Positions 15,262 to 41,985 are shown, counted from the stretch's first letter. The stretch is DNA of 64,000 nt from the human T2T-CHM13v2.0 reference genome, Homo sapiens (GCF_009914755.1 NC_060930.1); one strand, 5' to 3'. Program-made: numbers and translations. The notes: generated by a model not told the origin, from the sequence alone.

Positions 15262-15650
15262 TGGTTGGTAGAATTCTAAAAAGGCCCCTAAATTCCCAAC
15301 CCTTGGTGCAAAAACACCTTCTCCTAGGTATTCAATCAAACATTAATCTAGGTGTTGCTGTGAAAAGATTTGTGATGTGGCTATGGCCTCAAATCAGTTA
15401 AGGTTGAGAAACATTCTAAGAAAGTCTGACCTAATCACAAACCCTTTAATCTGTGTTTAGAGGTCAGCAACAGGGAAGTTGGAGAGATTCAAACTATGAT
15501 TGCAATTCGACAAGGGAGAGTTTTTCCACCACGGGCTTTGAAGATGGAGAGGACCACATGGCAAAGAATGCAGATGGCCTCTGGAAGCTGAAAGTGCCCT
15601 TGGCCAACAACCAGCAAGGAAACAGGAACCAGAGTCTTACAATAAAAAGG
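15262..15650 (+). mobile_element. MaLR LTR fragment (MLT1E/F-like)
   Basis: ggtagaattctaa..; ccagcaaggaaacagg motif as in the 9548 element. Confidence 0.65.
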
Positions 15651-15997
15651 GCTTAAAATAACACAAATTTATGATAGCACAGCTTCTGTAGATGAGATGT
15701 ACTAACGACGTGATTGAGTTCTGTGCTCAAGTTATCATAAGACTGAAATCAAGGTGTTGGGTAGGCTGAGTCCTTCTACGGAGACTGGGAACAATCCACT
15801 TCTCAACGCATTCTGGTGGCATTTAGGGATAAGCTGGTTTATCCAGGCCAGCTTCACAGAAGATGAATATAGTTCCATTTCAGTTATTAGAGACCTACCC
15901 AAAGATTTAGAAGAATGTTTGATTATTTGAAAGCATTTTAAAACTATTCATTCAACAAGGAAAAGTTGAAAAAGAGTTCAGTACCTATCATGTAAAT

Positions 15998-16058
15998 TAT
16001 TAAGGTTGGTGCAGAAGTAATTAGCAAAAACCGCAAATACTTTTGCACCAACCTAATA
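15998..16058. mobile_element. MADE1 mariner MITE with internal deletion
   Basis: Terminal inverted repeats aggttggtgcagaagt / acttttgcaccaacct flanked by TA. Confidence 0.9.
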
Positions 16059-16462
16059 ATTAACTCATGAGGAATGGTAAAAGTGAGTAAGCTTTTTAGT
16101 TAAGAAAACTGGATTTATAGAGTTATTCTAGCTGTGTTCTATTCAATTATTACCTTGATTTCTTTCATTCTTTCTTTGGTTATAATATGAAAGCAATTAC
16201 TATATTAATTATTTCACAGGGTTGTTAGTAGGACCAAATTTATTAAAATATACAAAGGACTTCACAAACTGGAAAATATTTTACAGATTTGTAATTATAA
16301 TTATTACTGGATCTAGTCATAGTTATTTGTCTGCAAACCATAAATTATCTCAGTGCATTCAAATTAACCTGGTTGTGAAGATTTAAAATTTTTTACTTTA
16401 TTTCCAGTTTTAATAAACAGCATACTGAAAATAGTGCCACAGGCACATCATAAAACTAACTA

Positions 16463-16779
<317 letters not shown>

Positions 16780-16877
16780 CGAGTTCAGACGACCAATTGG
16801 TAAGTAAAACAATTGGTTTTTTATCCTAATAAAAAAGAATTTGCCATTCAATCACTAACATCCAAAACTATTTACAG

Positions 16878-17240
16878 TGCTATATTCTGAATATTTGTGT
16901 CTCTTCCACCCAAATTCATATGTGGAAATGTTAACCCCCAAGGTTAACATAAGAGGTGGGTCCTTTGAGAGGCGATTAGGTTATCAGAATGGAACCCTCA
17001 CAAATGGGATTAGTGTCTTTATAAAAGAGACCCCAGAAAGATCCCTTCCCATTTCTACCATGTGAGGTTACTGTGAGAAAACCCTGTCTGTGAGGAAGCA
17101 GACCCTCACCAGACACCAAAGCTACCAGTGTCTTGTTCTGGGACTTCTCAAACTTCAGAACTGTGAGAAATACATTTCTGATATTTATCTGCCACCCAGT
17201 TTATGGTGCTTTCTAATAGCAGCCTGAAAAGATTAAGACA
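16878..17240 (+). mobile_element. MaLR LTR (MLT1A0-like)
   Basis: tgctat..aattcatatgtggaaatgttaacccccaagg start; ends attaagaca. Confidence 0.8.
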
Positions 17241-17275
17241 AAAGGAAGGAAAAAAAGCAGATATTTGCTTTATAA

Positions 17276-17667
<392 letters not shown>

Positions 17668-18290
17668 AAATATCTTAAATATGAATGTCAAAATAAAACT
17701 AACAGCAATCTAATGATCTTGACCACTTTGATTTACATGGAGACTAATAATTTTTTAAATGATGTTTCAATGACATATACTGTATAGTCTTTTTAAACCT
17801 GAGACTGATTTACTGTTTCAATATATCAGAGAACATTTAAAGAAAATTGTGTCATTGCCTCAGGATTTTCCAATGTATAAAGAAAGAATTTCTTGTAATG
17901 ACCTCGTAGATATGGTACTTAAGAGTAAGTAACAAATAGACAAATAATTTTAAAACAAGAAATGGTTGAGACAGAAATGACCTTCCTGGAAAATAAATGC
18001 AATTAGAAAAAAGACTATTGTTACATGAAATGAATTATATGAAGGATGTTTCTAGGCAAACAGTAGGTGGCAACATCTACACAGACTTGTTTTAGAAATG
18101 CTTGTATAACATCAAAACAAAACTTACAAGCTAATGATTCATGAAATAGGGAATTTTCCAAAACTCACATGTTAGTAGAGATATTTATGCGCAAATCCAT
18201 TGTTTTGTATTCTTTCTATTTTGGAATGTCATGCTTATGCCTTATCACAAGGACTCCACTAAGATCAATAATCTTAAAAATGTTTTGTTT

Positions 18291-18545
18291 GGCCAGGTGT
18301 AGTGACTAACGCCTAGAATCCCAGCACTTTGGGAGGCTGAGGCAGGATTGCTTGAACCAAGAATTTCGGGACCAGCTCTGGCAATATAGAGAGTCTCCAT
18401 CTCTACAAAAAATACGAAAATTCACCAGGTGTGGTGGTACATGCCTGTGGTCCCAGCTACTTAAGAGGCTGAGGCGGGAAGATTGCTTGAACCTGGGACA
18501 TCAAGGCTTCACTGAGCCATGATCACACCACCGCACTCCAGTCTG
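18291..18545 (+). mobile_element. Alu (AluJ-like), 3' end replaced by (CT)n(CA)n at 18546-18622
   Basis: Alu body ending at cactccagt, then microsatellite. Confidence 0.9.
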
Positions 18546-19519
18546 TCTCTCTCTCTCTCTCTTCCTCTCTCTCTCTCTCACACACACACAGACACACACA
18601 CACACACACACACAGACACACAGTTTTATTTGTGGGTTATGTTAGAGACTGTTCATCTGTCTCTCAAACAAAGGGATAGAATTTTGTTCCCCTCACATTT
18701 CTTGGCCAGATTAGGTGGTTGAATTAGATAAGAGTAAGGATTAAGGGAACCATGCAAACAGCTGGATTTTTTTTTAATGCCACAATATGACCTCAATTAC
18801 TGGAGTTCACAGAAGTTGCAGAAGACACATCCGGTGGTCAAGAAAAGGGGAAGCTGCCTTAAGTTTCCTTTTCTCTTGTGAGCGCAACAACCTCCATCTG
18901 TCTTTCTCTGTAACGCTGAAGACAGACACGTGACCCTGGTTCTCACAGAAGAACTTTCAAATCTAAAAAGCCATTTTAGGAAATAATTGGAAAAGTCTCT
19001 GTAGCCTTTGAGCTCCAGGATATTTGTTTTCCAGAATGATGAGATTGGTTATTGAATGTTTTAATGGTTGGAAACCAGAGAGTAGCTTTAGAGGCAAGCA
19101 GAGGCGCTGCTTTTTAACAGCAGAGGTCAGTAACACCAAAGGGGAAGGAAATTGAGCAGTCTGGCCAGAAATTGCAGATTTCTGTTGCAGACCCAACAGG
19201 CAAGAGGCAATAGGCAACATCCTGAGACACACAGGAAAACCTGATCCTTAGTACCTAACAGGGTCTCCTGTGCAGAAAATGTTCCCATCCCTGGCAACAG
19301 TGCCTTCCTGGATATGCTCACAGATGTTTAAGACTCTCCCTACCAGAGAAATAGCTTCTATCACAGAGTATTTTGTAGGGAACCATAACAGAACGTAAGG
19401 TGAAGTTTTCTACTATACTCTTATAATTATTGAAATTTTTCCTACTTCATTAATACCTGGACTTAGATTTCTCTTTTAGAAAGAAGCAGTTTGTAGCAAA
19501 AAAAAAAAAAAAAAAAGAA

Positions 19520-21185
19520 AAAATAATGTTTTTCACAGAAATTGAAAAAACAATCTCAAAATTTGCATGAAACCAAAAAAGAGCCTGAGTAGCCAAAGCA
19601 GTCCTCAGCAAAAAGAACAAAGCTGCAGACATCACACCACCTGACTTCAAAATATATTACAAGGTTATAGTAACCAAAGCATCATTACAGTGATACAAAA
19701 ACTGACACATAGACCAATGAAACAGAATAGAGAACCTGGAAATAAGTCTACATATAAGGCAACTGATTTTTTTTATAAAGTTGCCAAGAATATACATTGG
19801 GAAAAGGGACACCGTCTTCAATAAATGGTGCTAAGAATACTGGATATTTATACACAGAAGAATGAAACTAGACCCCTATCTCTCACTACATATAAAAATC
19901 AACTCAAAACGGATTAGACTTAAACATGAGACCTCAAACTATAAAACTACTAGGGAAAAAACCTAGAGAAAACACTTTAGGGCATTGGTCTAGGCAAAGA
20001 CTTTATGGCTAAGACCTCAAAAGTACAGGTAACAAAAATAAAAATAGACAATGGTACCATATTAAACTAAAAAGCTTCTGCACAACAAAGAAAACCATCA
20101 ATATCATGAAAACACAGCCTGCTGAATGGGAGAAAATATTTGCAAACTGCTTGTCTGACAAGGGACTGATATCCAAAATACATAAGGAACTCAAACAGCA
20201 AAAAAAATAAATAAATAATCCCTTTAAAAAGTGGGCAAGAGGTCTGAATAACATTTCTTGGACGAAGACACACAAATGGCCAGCAAATACATGAAAAAAT
20301 GTTCAACGTCACTAATCATCAGGGAAATGTAAATTAAAACCAAAATGAGATACCATCTTACCCCAGTTAGAATAGTTATTATTAAAAAGACAAAAATATA
20401 ACAGATGCTGGTGAGGATGCAAAGAAAAGGTAACTCTTGTACACTGTTGATGGGAATGTAAATTAGTACAGCCACTATGGAAGCAGTATGGCGATTTCTC
20501 AAAAAAACTAAAAATAGAAATACCATATGATCTATCACTACTGGGCAATTATCCAAAGGAAAGGAATCAGTATGTTGAAGAGACATCTGCGCTCACATAT
20601 TTATTCCAGCACTATTCACAACAGCAAAGACAGAGAATCAACCTGTGTTCATCAACAGATGATTAAAGAAAATATGATACATATACACAATGGAATACTA
20701 TTTAGCCATAAAAAAGAATGAGATAATACCATTTGCAGCAACATTGATGGAAGTGGAGATCATTATGTTAAGTGAAATAATCCAGACCCAGAAAAACAAA
20801 TATTGCATGTTCTCACTCATATATGGGAGAAAAAAAAAAAGTTGATCTCTTGGATGTACAGAGTAAAATGACAATTACTAACGACTAGGAAGGGTATGGG
20901 TGTGGGTGTGGGTGTAGGGGAGGAAAAAGAAAGAATAGTTTCTAAAGTTCCATAGCAAAGAAGGGTGACTACAGTAAACAACAATGTATTGTATAGTTCA
21001 AAATAGCTACACAGAGGACTTGAAATGTTCCCAACACATAAAAATGATAAATGGAAAAGGTGATGTGTATCCTAAATACCCTGACTTGATGGTTACACAT
21101 TCTATGCATATAACAAAATATCACATGTACCCTACAAATACATACAAATATTATGTATCAATTTAAAAAAAAATGAAAAATAAAA
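19520..21185 (+). mobile_element. 5'-truncated old L1 (L1MA-type) 3' end
   Basis: ORF2 C-terminal homology and L1MA 3' UTR ending tatgtatcaatttaaaaa. Confidence 0.9.
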
Positions 21186-21352
21186 TATCCCTACATTCTC
21201 TTGGCAAATATGTATTGAGTGCTGGGCACTGTTCTAAGTACTTGGGGCACAAAAGTGAAGAAAATGTACTTTGTCTCTTTCCTCATGGTAATTAGTCTAG
21301 TAGAGGCAGGCAGAAATTGAACAACAAAAAGAGTACATCCTATGCCAGGTGG

Positions 21353-22143
<791 letters not shown>

Positions 22144-22147
22144 TTTA

Positions 22148-22651
<504 letters not shown>

Positions 22652-22746
22652 TTAAGTGCCAAAACTGCAACATGACCAATTGTCTTCCAATCTTTAAAGC
22701 ATCTTTATGGTTACAAAGAAATGTAAGTTAAAATCACAACCCCCAA

Positions 22747-27712
<4,966 letters not shown>

Positions 27713-28145
27713 TACAACCCTAGATTTTTAACTTTGAACAACTGGATGATTTTCAGTGAACTTCTTGTTAGCAAGAATGAAGGGGAGGTTGATTACCTGT
27801 CAACTTCAATGATCATTATTTAAACAATAAATATTCATTTTGCAGGTATTGTATGTCAGGCACACTTGTAGCTCCTGAAACATAGCAATGGACACAAAAC
27901 GTAAAACTATTTGTGTTGACAGAGTTTTCATTTCAAGAGGGAGCAACTTGATCTTGTCCCACTGGAAGTTCTTCAGAGGCAGTAACATGCACGGGGCTGT
28001 CATCACTTATGATAACAATACCTTCTTCTGGAACATTCCCTGAAGGACCTGCCTGAGGTTGTTTTACAGTTAACTTTTTAAATATATATAAGTAGAAGGA
28101 GTATACTCTAAAATCACAATTAAAAGTTAATACAGAAACCAGTAA

Positions 28146-34018
<5,873 letters not shown>

Positions 34019-34379
34019 GAAGCCAGAAAAAAAGAAAAAAAAAGAGGGAGCAACTTTGAATTTGACTTTTCGTTGTTTTTTCCTGACTGGTTTTGAAGTT
34101 AAAGACGCCTGCTCAGAGACTAAAGTGCATCTTACAACAACCAGGAATCATGGCATTTCCTGGGGACCCTTAAAGGCTATCTGGTCCAAGTACTCCTCTG
34201 ATGGTGAATCTCTTACGGCACCCTCCTTACAGCTTTATAAAATTCCCCTCAGCACCTTTAGCAGCAGAAATTCAAAATCCCTGACCTAACCGTCTGTGGG
34301 AACTTTCTCACTCTTGTCCCCTCCGTTCCAGAAATACAGTCCTGTTGGGATTCCCAGAGAATGCCAGGCTCTGCACTTG

Positions 34380-34735
34380 CTGCTCTCCTCTAGACTCCTT
34401 CTCAGCTCACCACTTCCCCTCCTTCAAGCCTCTATTAAAAGGTCACCTTTTCAGTAATTGTTTCCCGGTAACACCGTTTAAAATTAACGCTCCTCCCCCC
34501 ACTCCACACACGCAGCATGTTGCCACTGCAGTGTTCTTACTTCCCTCGTCTGCATTCTTTTTCTTCAAAACATCTATCAGCCTCTAATTTTTAAAATTCA
34601 TTTATTTTGTTTATTGTCTGTTTCCTCCTACCAGAATGTAAACTTAATGAAGACAAAGATTTTTATCTTGTTTTGTTTACTGTTATGTCCTCTGGAGTAA
34701 GAAGGAAGCCTGGCACAGAGTTACTGCAAAATACA
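34380..34735 (+). mobile_element. L2 3' fragment
   Basis: aatgtaaacttaatgaagacaaagatttt..gcctggcacagag resembles the L2 3' end. Confidence 0.65.
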
Positions 34736-35647
34736 TATTTGCATACAGAATGGATATTTAAACACATACCCCATCAGTATTCCTCTATTTCTGCTAAAGA
34801 GAAGTTGACCAAAAACCATCAACTTGTTCCAGGTGAGCCACATCAAAATCTTAACACAATGATGACTACCTTCAATTACAGTTGCGGGAAATCCAGAGAC
34901 TTTCCTTCACATTGGTGCTGCTCATATTTGTCTCTATAAATGTTGAGGGTATGTCTTTAAATCTGAACAAGGAAGGGAACATCAGTTTAAATGTGCTGTT
35001 TTATGATGATTTAACTTCATACACAGATAAATGTTGGAGCACCTGACCAGAGAATTCCTACAATAATACCACCAAACATCCATCCAGCATGATCTGTAGG
35101 CAGAGTCTTAAGTCATGTGACTTGCAATATGTATACTTGCTACTTTTTGAAGTGTAAATAGATGTCCATTATGACTAATAAATATACCAGGAGAAATATT
35201 TCTACATTGGCTTGAACACATTCATATGCAGGTGTAACTGAAGGTATTGAATATTAGGTGGCAACAATGCTAGGTCACTTGAAATTTATTCTGATACTGA
35301 AAGGCTCCTGTTGTAAAATAACGTCGTTCATGTCAGGTTATTCAGTGTGACAGGCAAAGTGGTAGTTTGCCACTGTGTTTACAAATGAGAATCACCTGGG
35401 AAAATGTGGAAGCACTGATGCCCAGTCTTCACCCTAGAGGTTCTGCTTTGATTGTTGAACCATGGGGCCTATCAGTTTCTCAAGCTCCCCGTGCAGGTAG
35501 GTGGAGAGTCAATGCAATAAGAAAATGAATATTCTCTAGGAAGTGACTGAGAGAACTGTTAGACTTATATATTGAGTTTACAGAATTCTTTCCAGAAGCA
35601 CACTCTCTTAATAGGAATAGAGTACTCAAAGCATTTAAGAAAAATAA

Positions 35648-35962
35648 GGCCAGGTGAGGTGGCTCATGCCTATAATCCTAGCACTTTGGGAGGCCTGAGC
35701 TCAGGAGTTGAGACTAGCCTGGGCAACTTGGTGAAACCCCATCTCTACTAAAATACAAAAAATTTGCTGGGCGTGGCACATGCCTGTTGCCTCCCAGCTA
35801 TTCAGGAGGCTAAGGCATGAGAATTGCTTGAACTCAGGAGGCCGAGGCTGCAGTTAGCCAAGATCAGGCCACTGCACTCCAGCCTGGGTGACAGAGTGAG
35901 ACTGTGTATCCAAAAAAGAAGAAGAAGAAGAAGGAGAAGGAGAAGAAGAAGAAGAAAGAAAA
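35648..35962 (+). mobile_element. Alu with (GAA)n tail
   Basis: Alu body; GAA/GGA repeats at 35918-35956. Confidence 0.93.
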
Positions 35963-36310
35963 GTCACATTTCTCTTCCAGGTATTTGCAACATGGAGATT
36001 TACAGACATTAGAATTTTGATAATAGAAATGCAATAATTTCAGCTTATTGTAAAGACTTTTGAACTATTCATGCCAGGTAACATCCCCCTCAAGTAAGAA
36101 GTCACATTGCAAAGTCAGAGCCCTGAGGTAGATCCCAGAACAGAGTAACTGACAAGATGTGCTGGCATGGTATCCCAGGTACAGGTATAGAAGCTAAATC
36201 AACCTAGGTAGAATTTCTAATTCTGTGACTTAGTAGGTGTGAACACTCATAGTTTAACTTCTTCGTCTATAAAATAAGAATCCCAAAACCTACTCAGAAG
36301 GACTTATAAG

Positions 36311-36861
36311 CAGAGCTGTACAACCAGGGCAGTTACACGGTCATGCAGATTCCCACACTCATGTAAGCCTATGTTTAGGGTTTAATGCCCAGAGGCCACT
36401 ACCTTGAAATTCTTAATTTTCTTTGACTTTGAATTTTGTAAGTGAACTCCTGTGGGACATGGAGCAGGCACTGGAGGCTTGGAGCCTTGGCTCACATGGG
36501 TCCTGCCTACGCATCTATCCAGGATGAGATCTCAAAGATGCTCTCCTCACCCAGAAATCACTGGTGCCCTCCACCCCCAGCTGAGGCCTGGGCAGGGGCA
36601 CAGATTGGGGCAGGGCCAGATGTAAGCATTCTGCTTGCCAAGTATCAGGGCAGGGCTCTGGGTTCCTGTGAGGGTTTGCACTCATCCTGCAAGTAGCCCC
36701 ATGCCAAGAAAGCACAATATTAAATAACAAAATTTTTAAAATGCTATGGCTAGTAGAGAAAAAAACTTTAGAAATAGGAAAAAGCATTTTTCCTGCTTTT
36801 TGAACAAGAGGCCTGTGTTTTCACTTCACACCGGGCCCTGCAAATTACATAGCTGGCCCTG
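36311..36861 (+). mobile_element. MER45-family hAT transposon inside a MIR-like remnant
   Basis: ttgaaattcttaat and ttttgaacaagaggcc..gggccctgcaaattacatagctggccctg end match recalled MER45. Confidence 0.7.
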
Positions 36862-38619
36862 CTTGTGAAACGTAGATTTTTATCATGCGCAATTTTTGCG
36901 TATACATCAAAAAAGAAACATAAGACAAACAGATTGGTTCTGTCAGAGTGGAAAGTCTAGCATCTAGCATATATTAATTTCTCAAAATGTTAGTTAGCGT
37001 TCTTCTCTATCATTATCTCTTTCCCTTTCAGCAAAGCAAGTTATAAAACTACTAATGAGCATTTACTGAAAACTAAACTGTTTCTATTCAGACAAATCTA
37101 AGTAGTTAAAAAACATCCTAGAACATATCCTGGGTGCTCTTCTAATGCTTTCTATTTTCTAGAATCTTTGGATCAGGACCAAGGTCAGTCCCTGCCATAG
37201 CAATTCAAGTCACAAGGCCCTGTCATATAAGAACCAACTTCTATCAACACTTTTATAAACAACCGAACCAAGAGATTTGCTCTGTAAACCACTGAAAACG
37301 GCATTTCCTCTAGGGAGACATATTCAGAACAATTAGAAGTTTCCACTCTGACAATGATTTGAGATTTTGAACTATATTAAATACTTTTTTTAGAAATAGA
37401 TGGAATATAAATAAAAAATGAATGTAATCTCCGTTAGAGCCATCTGGTGTTGATATTTCTGCTGTACCTCTGGAGAACTCCTAAGAGCCAAAAGGAAAGG
37501 AAGTCGTAATTCTGTTCACTGCAGCTGCTGAAGTTGTCACCAACTTTTTTTCTACATTTACCTATAAATGAGAACCAGCAGTCAAAATAACACATTTTCT
37601 TAGTATAAAGAGTTATTAGTCAAATAGGGAATGATTTACATTGTTATAACCCAATACTAATGACTTTTGGTCCTTTAAAGTTCCTGGATTTAGACAATGT
37701 AATTTCTCAGGTGTGGGCTAATAATGGGAGAAAAATAGAGGCCCAGAGTAGTTTTGGTAAAGAACTGCTTATTCTCAGTTCATAGTTTAACTGCAGCAAA
37801 CACATTTTTCCCTTAATCTTCCCTTTGCAGAGTAAATACAGTATTCTCAAATCTTTTCATTTTTCATGAGAAAGGCTTTTACTCTAATCTATGCTTATTG
37901 TCACTGATGTCTGCAAAATTGCTTCCAATCTGGGTCTTCCTTGAGTTTGTTGACTTTAGAAATTACGTGTACTTGTCTCATGAAGGTAAATAGGCTATTT
38001 TGTGACTACAAAGTCTCTGCTTATGCTACTACTCTTGTTTCATTCATCATGCAAAAGAAATACAGTGAATAAAACAGACTCCTCTGGGGCTACTGTGTCC
38101 AGAAGACCCCAGGTGGGCTGCTTAGTCCCGGGCTGTTGACTATGTAGTAAAACAAAAATAAAAATCTTCCCAGCTCTCTAAAACTAATACCCCATGAAGT
38201 ACCAAGATGTGTGAAACTGTTCAGTTAGGCTTCATTTCTTTGGTCAAGCTGACCTAGGGCTCTGTACCCACAAAAATCCAAATATGCTGAGATAGAATAC
38301 TGAGTGATGCTACTGTCTTTCCTAACTCACTTCAAATAAATTGATCTGAATTTTTTTCTAAGAGCAGCTGTGTCCCTATGTGTGGAGGAGTGGGTGGTAA
38401 GAGGGGGGGAAATAATGATTAGATGCCACCAACGGGATTTTCTAAATAGCAAAGAATTTATTCTACTTCAGAGTTTTGACTAGGGCTCATCATGCTGATG
38501 ATACATTGTAAATTATTTTCATCTGACTTTCTTTTAGAAAATATAAGAATACAATTTAGAGGGAAATGAAAGCAAAGAATAAAATAGTAAGGACTATATC
38601 AGCAAAGTCCTTATCCTAT

Positions 38620-39120
38620 AATGTCAAATCTTCCATCATATGGAATCTAAGACACCATAATTGTAAAACATGCCATAATGTACTAATAAAAAAGAAAAAA
38701 ACAAACCATGACAAAAGGCTTTCCTAACACTAAGAATATTCATTTATACTTATTTTAAAAGTTCTTTTGTACTTAATTATATGTAGATTTTTATTATACA
38801 TCATTGTGTGCACATACCAAAAAATTAAGGTAAATAAATTGGTTATTTCTTTCTACAATTTTTTACATCCAAGTCTAACTTTTGGGCTCAGTCTCATGTT
38901 TTAATTTATTTCCACAAAATATCCTCTGTTACATTAACTGCACTGGTGACACAGCATTTCATAAAATAATCTATCAAAGAACCAAAGCCATTGGTGCTAC
39001 TTGAGACTATGTAAAGCTGGCTGACATCCCTTTGACTCCCAATGCAAGCAGCTTGCAAACACATGTGACTCACCACCTCCCTTACCTCCTCCACAGCCAT
39101 TTTGTTCCTATGGTTTAGAA
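38620..39120. mobile_element. Tc2-type (Kanga/MER104-like) DNA transposon fragment; partner fragment at about 40215-40440
   Basis: aatctaagacacc / cattgattctaagatgcatc terminal motifs. Confidence 0.4.
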
Positions 39121-39139
39121 GAGTGCTCAATTAAGAAAT

Positions 39140-40205
39140 GATGAAAAGAAAAAAGATATTTAAGTGAGCACAGAGTTTCTTCCTACATGATACATGTTGA
39201 TTACCAAAGGAAAAATAGTAACTACAGTGTGGAGGAACCTGGTGACGTCATGTTAACCCAGTAATCAAAGTTAACATCAGTGATAAGACAAAATGACATC
39301 ATCAGGTAACTCCTAATATGCTACACTGAAAATAAATATCTGTGATTTTCCTTACCCGCTTCTCCTCCACCACAGAAAGTATAACCTGAATCTAATCATG
39401 AAGAAACATCAGAACAAACTCAAATTAAGATACGTTTACAAAATAACTGGCCTGTAATCTTAAGAAATGTTAGGTCATAAAAGAGAAGGAAAGATTGAAG
39501 AATTTTTCAGATTAAAGGAGACTAAAGAGACAAGACAATTGAATACAACATGTGACCCTGACGAGAATTATTTCTTTTGCTAAAAAAGGGCATCTGTGGG
39601 GCAGGGAGTGGTGGCTCATGCCTGTAATTCCAGCACTCTGGGAGGCCAAGGCGGGCTGATCAATTGAGGTCAGAGGTTCGAGATCAGCCTGGCCAATGTG
39701 GCGAAACCCAGTCTCTACCAAAATTACAAAACAATCAGAAGGCTGAGGCACGAGAATGGCTTGAACCCAGGAGCTGGAGGTTGCAGTGAGCCAAGATGGG
39801 GCCACTGCACTCCAGCCTGGGTAACAGACAGAGCGAGACTCTGTCTCAAAAAAGGCCAGGGTGGGGTGGCGGGGGAGTGGCATCCATGGGACAATTGACA
39901 AAATTGGAATGTCTAGATAAGAATATTTCATCAATGCTAATGGACTAATTTTGATGTCTGTACTATGGTTATGTTAGAAAATGACCTTATTTTTAGAATA
40001 TACACATTGAAGTATAGTATTATTTAGGTGTAAAGGGCATTGTGTCTGCATGCCCGAAACTTACTCTCAAATTATTCAGAAAAAAAAACACCAATATATA
40101 TTACTTAGATACAGATAGAATGGTAAAACAAAATGTGGCAAAATGTTATCTTTGATGCAAATTATTTGCATCATTTTTTTCTGAAAGTAGGCAATTATTT
40201 CAAAA
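39140..40205 (+). mobile_element. Old L1MC/ME 3' UTR fragment split by an Alu
   Basis: taacctgaatctaatcatgaagaaacatcaga..; gacaattgacaaaattggaat motifs. Confidence 0.7.
39599..39853 (+). mobile_element. Alu with internal deletion
   Basis: Alu arms joined at 39730 with the start of the right arm missing. Confidence 0.9.
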
Positions 40206-41749
40206 CAAAATGGTTTCAATAGAGCGCCATGATATTTTTCTGACATTTTCTTTGAAATAGTTGATACTCCTTCTGCAAATTTTGTTGACAGTGCTTCTAG
40301 GTTCCAAAAAGAAGGGTAACGCCACTACAGCACCTTTGCCATCTGACCAGCAGCAATTCTAAGATGTCATTGATTCTAAGATGCATCTCAATTCCCAAGA
40401 TGTTAAAATGAACAAAATACATCACTTAGGATCATAAACACATTTTAGTTGGAATAGACACATTTGAAGACCAGATTTGAACAATGATCCTCCCATTTAG
40501 TATCAACATTAGTTTACTACTGCCACTGTAACAAATTAACACAAATGTAATGGCTTAAAACAAGACAAAAGTGTTGTCTTATGGTTTTGGAAGTCAGTTC
40601 AAAATGGATCCACAGGGAGGCTGGAAAGTAAAATGGTTTTTCTTGTCTTCCCCAGCTTCTAGAGGCTGCTTGCATCCTTGGCATGAGGCCCCTTTCCGTT
40701 ATTGTCTTCCACAGTATCCCTGATAACAAAACCTACACCTAGCTCAGGTATTACATGTGCTACTCCTGAACATCTCCATCTCTTGCTTAAGGAAATATTG
40801 CTGTGCAAGTACAGTCTTGTAATAAAAGGAAATTGTGACTGGAAAAGAGAAAAAAAAAAGTTGCTGATAATAAACATGTTAGGAAAACCTGATCTTGGGA
40901 AGACAGTTTGACATTTTGACACAAATGTTTCCTAATTATCATGGGAACTCTGTTTAGGCTATAAGACTCTATTGTTATTGATGTCATTGTTGATTTTCCG
41001 GGGCAATAAGAAAACATGTTATCAAGAATTAATTCCGTTTTTGTTTTTTAATCATTTTCTTTTTTAACCATTGACTGAGAGATACAAATTCTAGAAATTA
41101 AGGAATTCCAGAATTTTAAAATTGGGTTAAATATATCCAGAGCTGATAAAAAGCAGTATAGAGTGGCCAAAAGAATACATTATTGGTGGTCCTCATAATC
41201 AATTTGACTTTCTGTAATTGTATTAAATTAATTCTTACACATACATATATGTATATATTAGAAGAGTGCTTGACAACAATTGTATAAGTGTTAGCTATTA
41301 TTACTATATATTTATATTTATATTATTATATAGCAATTATGATCTTTCTTGGCAAATATTACTACTAGTTTGCACTGAAATTGCAAGAAAAGCTGGATCA
41401 TAAATGGAAACATTTTTTATTCAGATTCCCTAGGTTGATATATGAAGCAAAATATGAAAACACTTATTTATGTGGATATGTATATATTCGTCTGTACTCA
41501 CCATCTACTTTATTAGTTGTTGGAGAGATTAGAGAGTAATGCATTTAAGGCAGTTTGCCTTTGGCTGGTACATTATTTTTAATAATAGGTTTTATTATTT
41601 CTCAACTTTAAGAAACTTTTTAAAGGGTCAAGATAATGCTGAGTTTGGAAATGAGATAAGAAAAACAAGAGAGAAAGATAGCATGTTAGGAAGTGAGTAG
41701 AAAATTACTTCCTTTAAGTGAGATAATTCCCTAATCAAAAATATTGCCT

Positions 41750-41985
41750 ATGATATTGATAATAATTGCTAATGTTTTTTGAGCATATACTATGTTGTAG
41801 GTATCATGATAATCACTTTCTACATATTATCTTGTTTGGTCCTTAGAACCAAATGAAGTGAATGTTGTATTATCTTTATTTTGCCTAGGGATTAAGTAAT
41901 TTTCTTAATGTCACAAATTAAATATAATAGTACTGAATGATATCAAACCCAAGCAGTCCAAACCCGTTCTAACACACTGCTATGC
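41750..41985 (-). mobile_element. MIR
   Basis: tttttgagcatatactatgttgtaggt..attatctttattttg..gattaagtaattt core. Confidence 0.6.

Noticed and set aside
19520-21185. Segmental duplication of the L1 at 1-2300
   Set aside because: Differences are dense and flanks are unrelated; independent insertions of related L1MA subfamilies
35824-36012. Poly-arginine, protamine-like ORF
   Set aside because: Translation of the Alu (GAA)n tail
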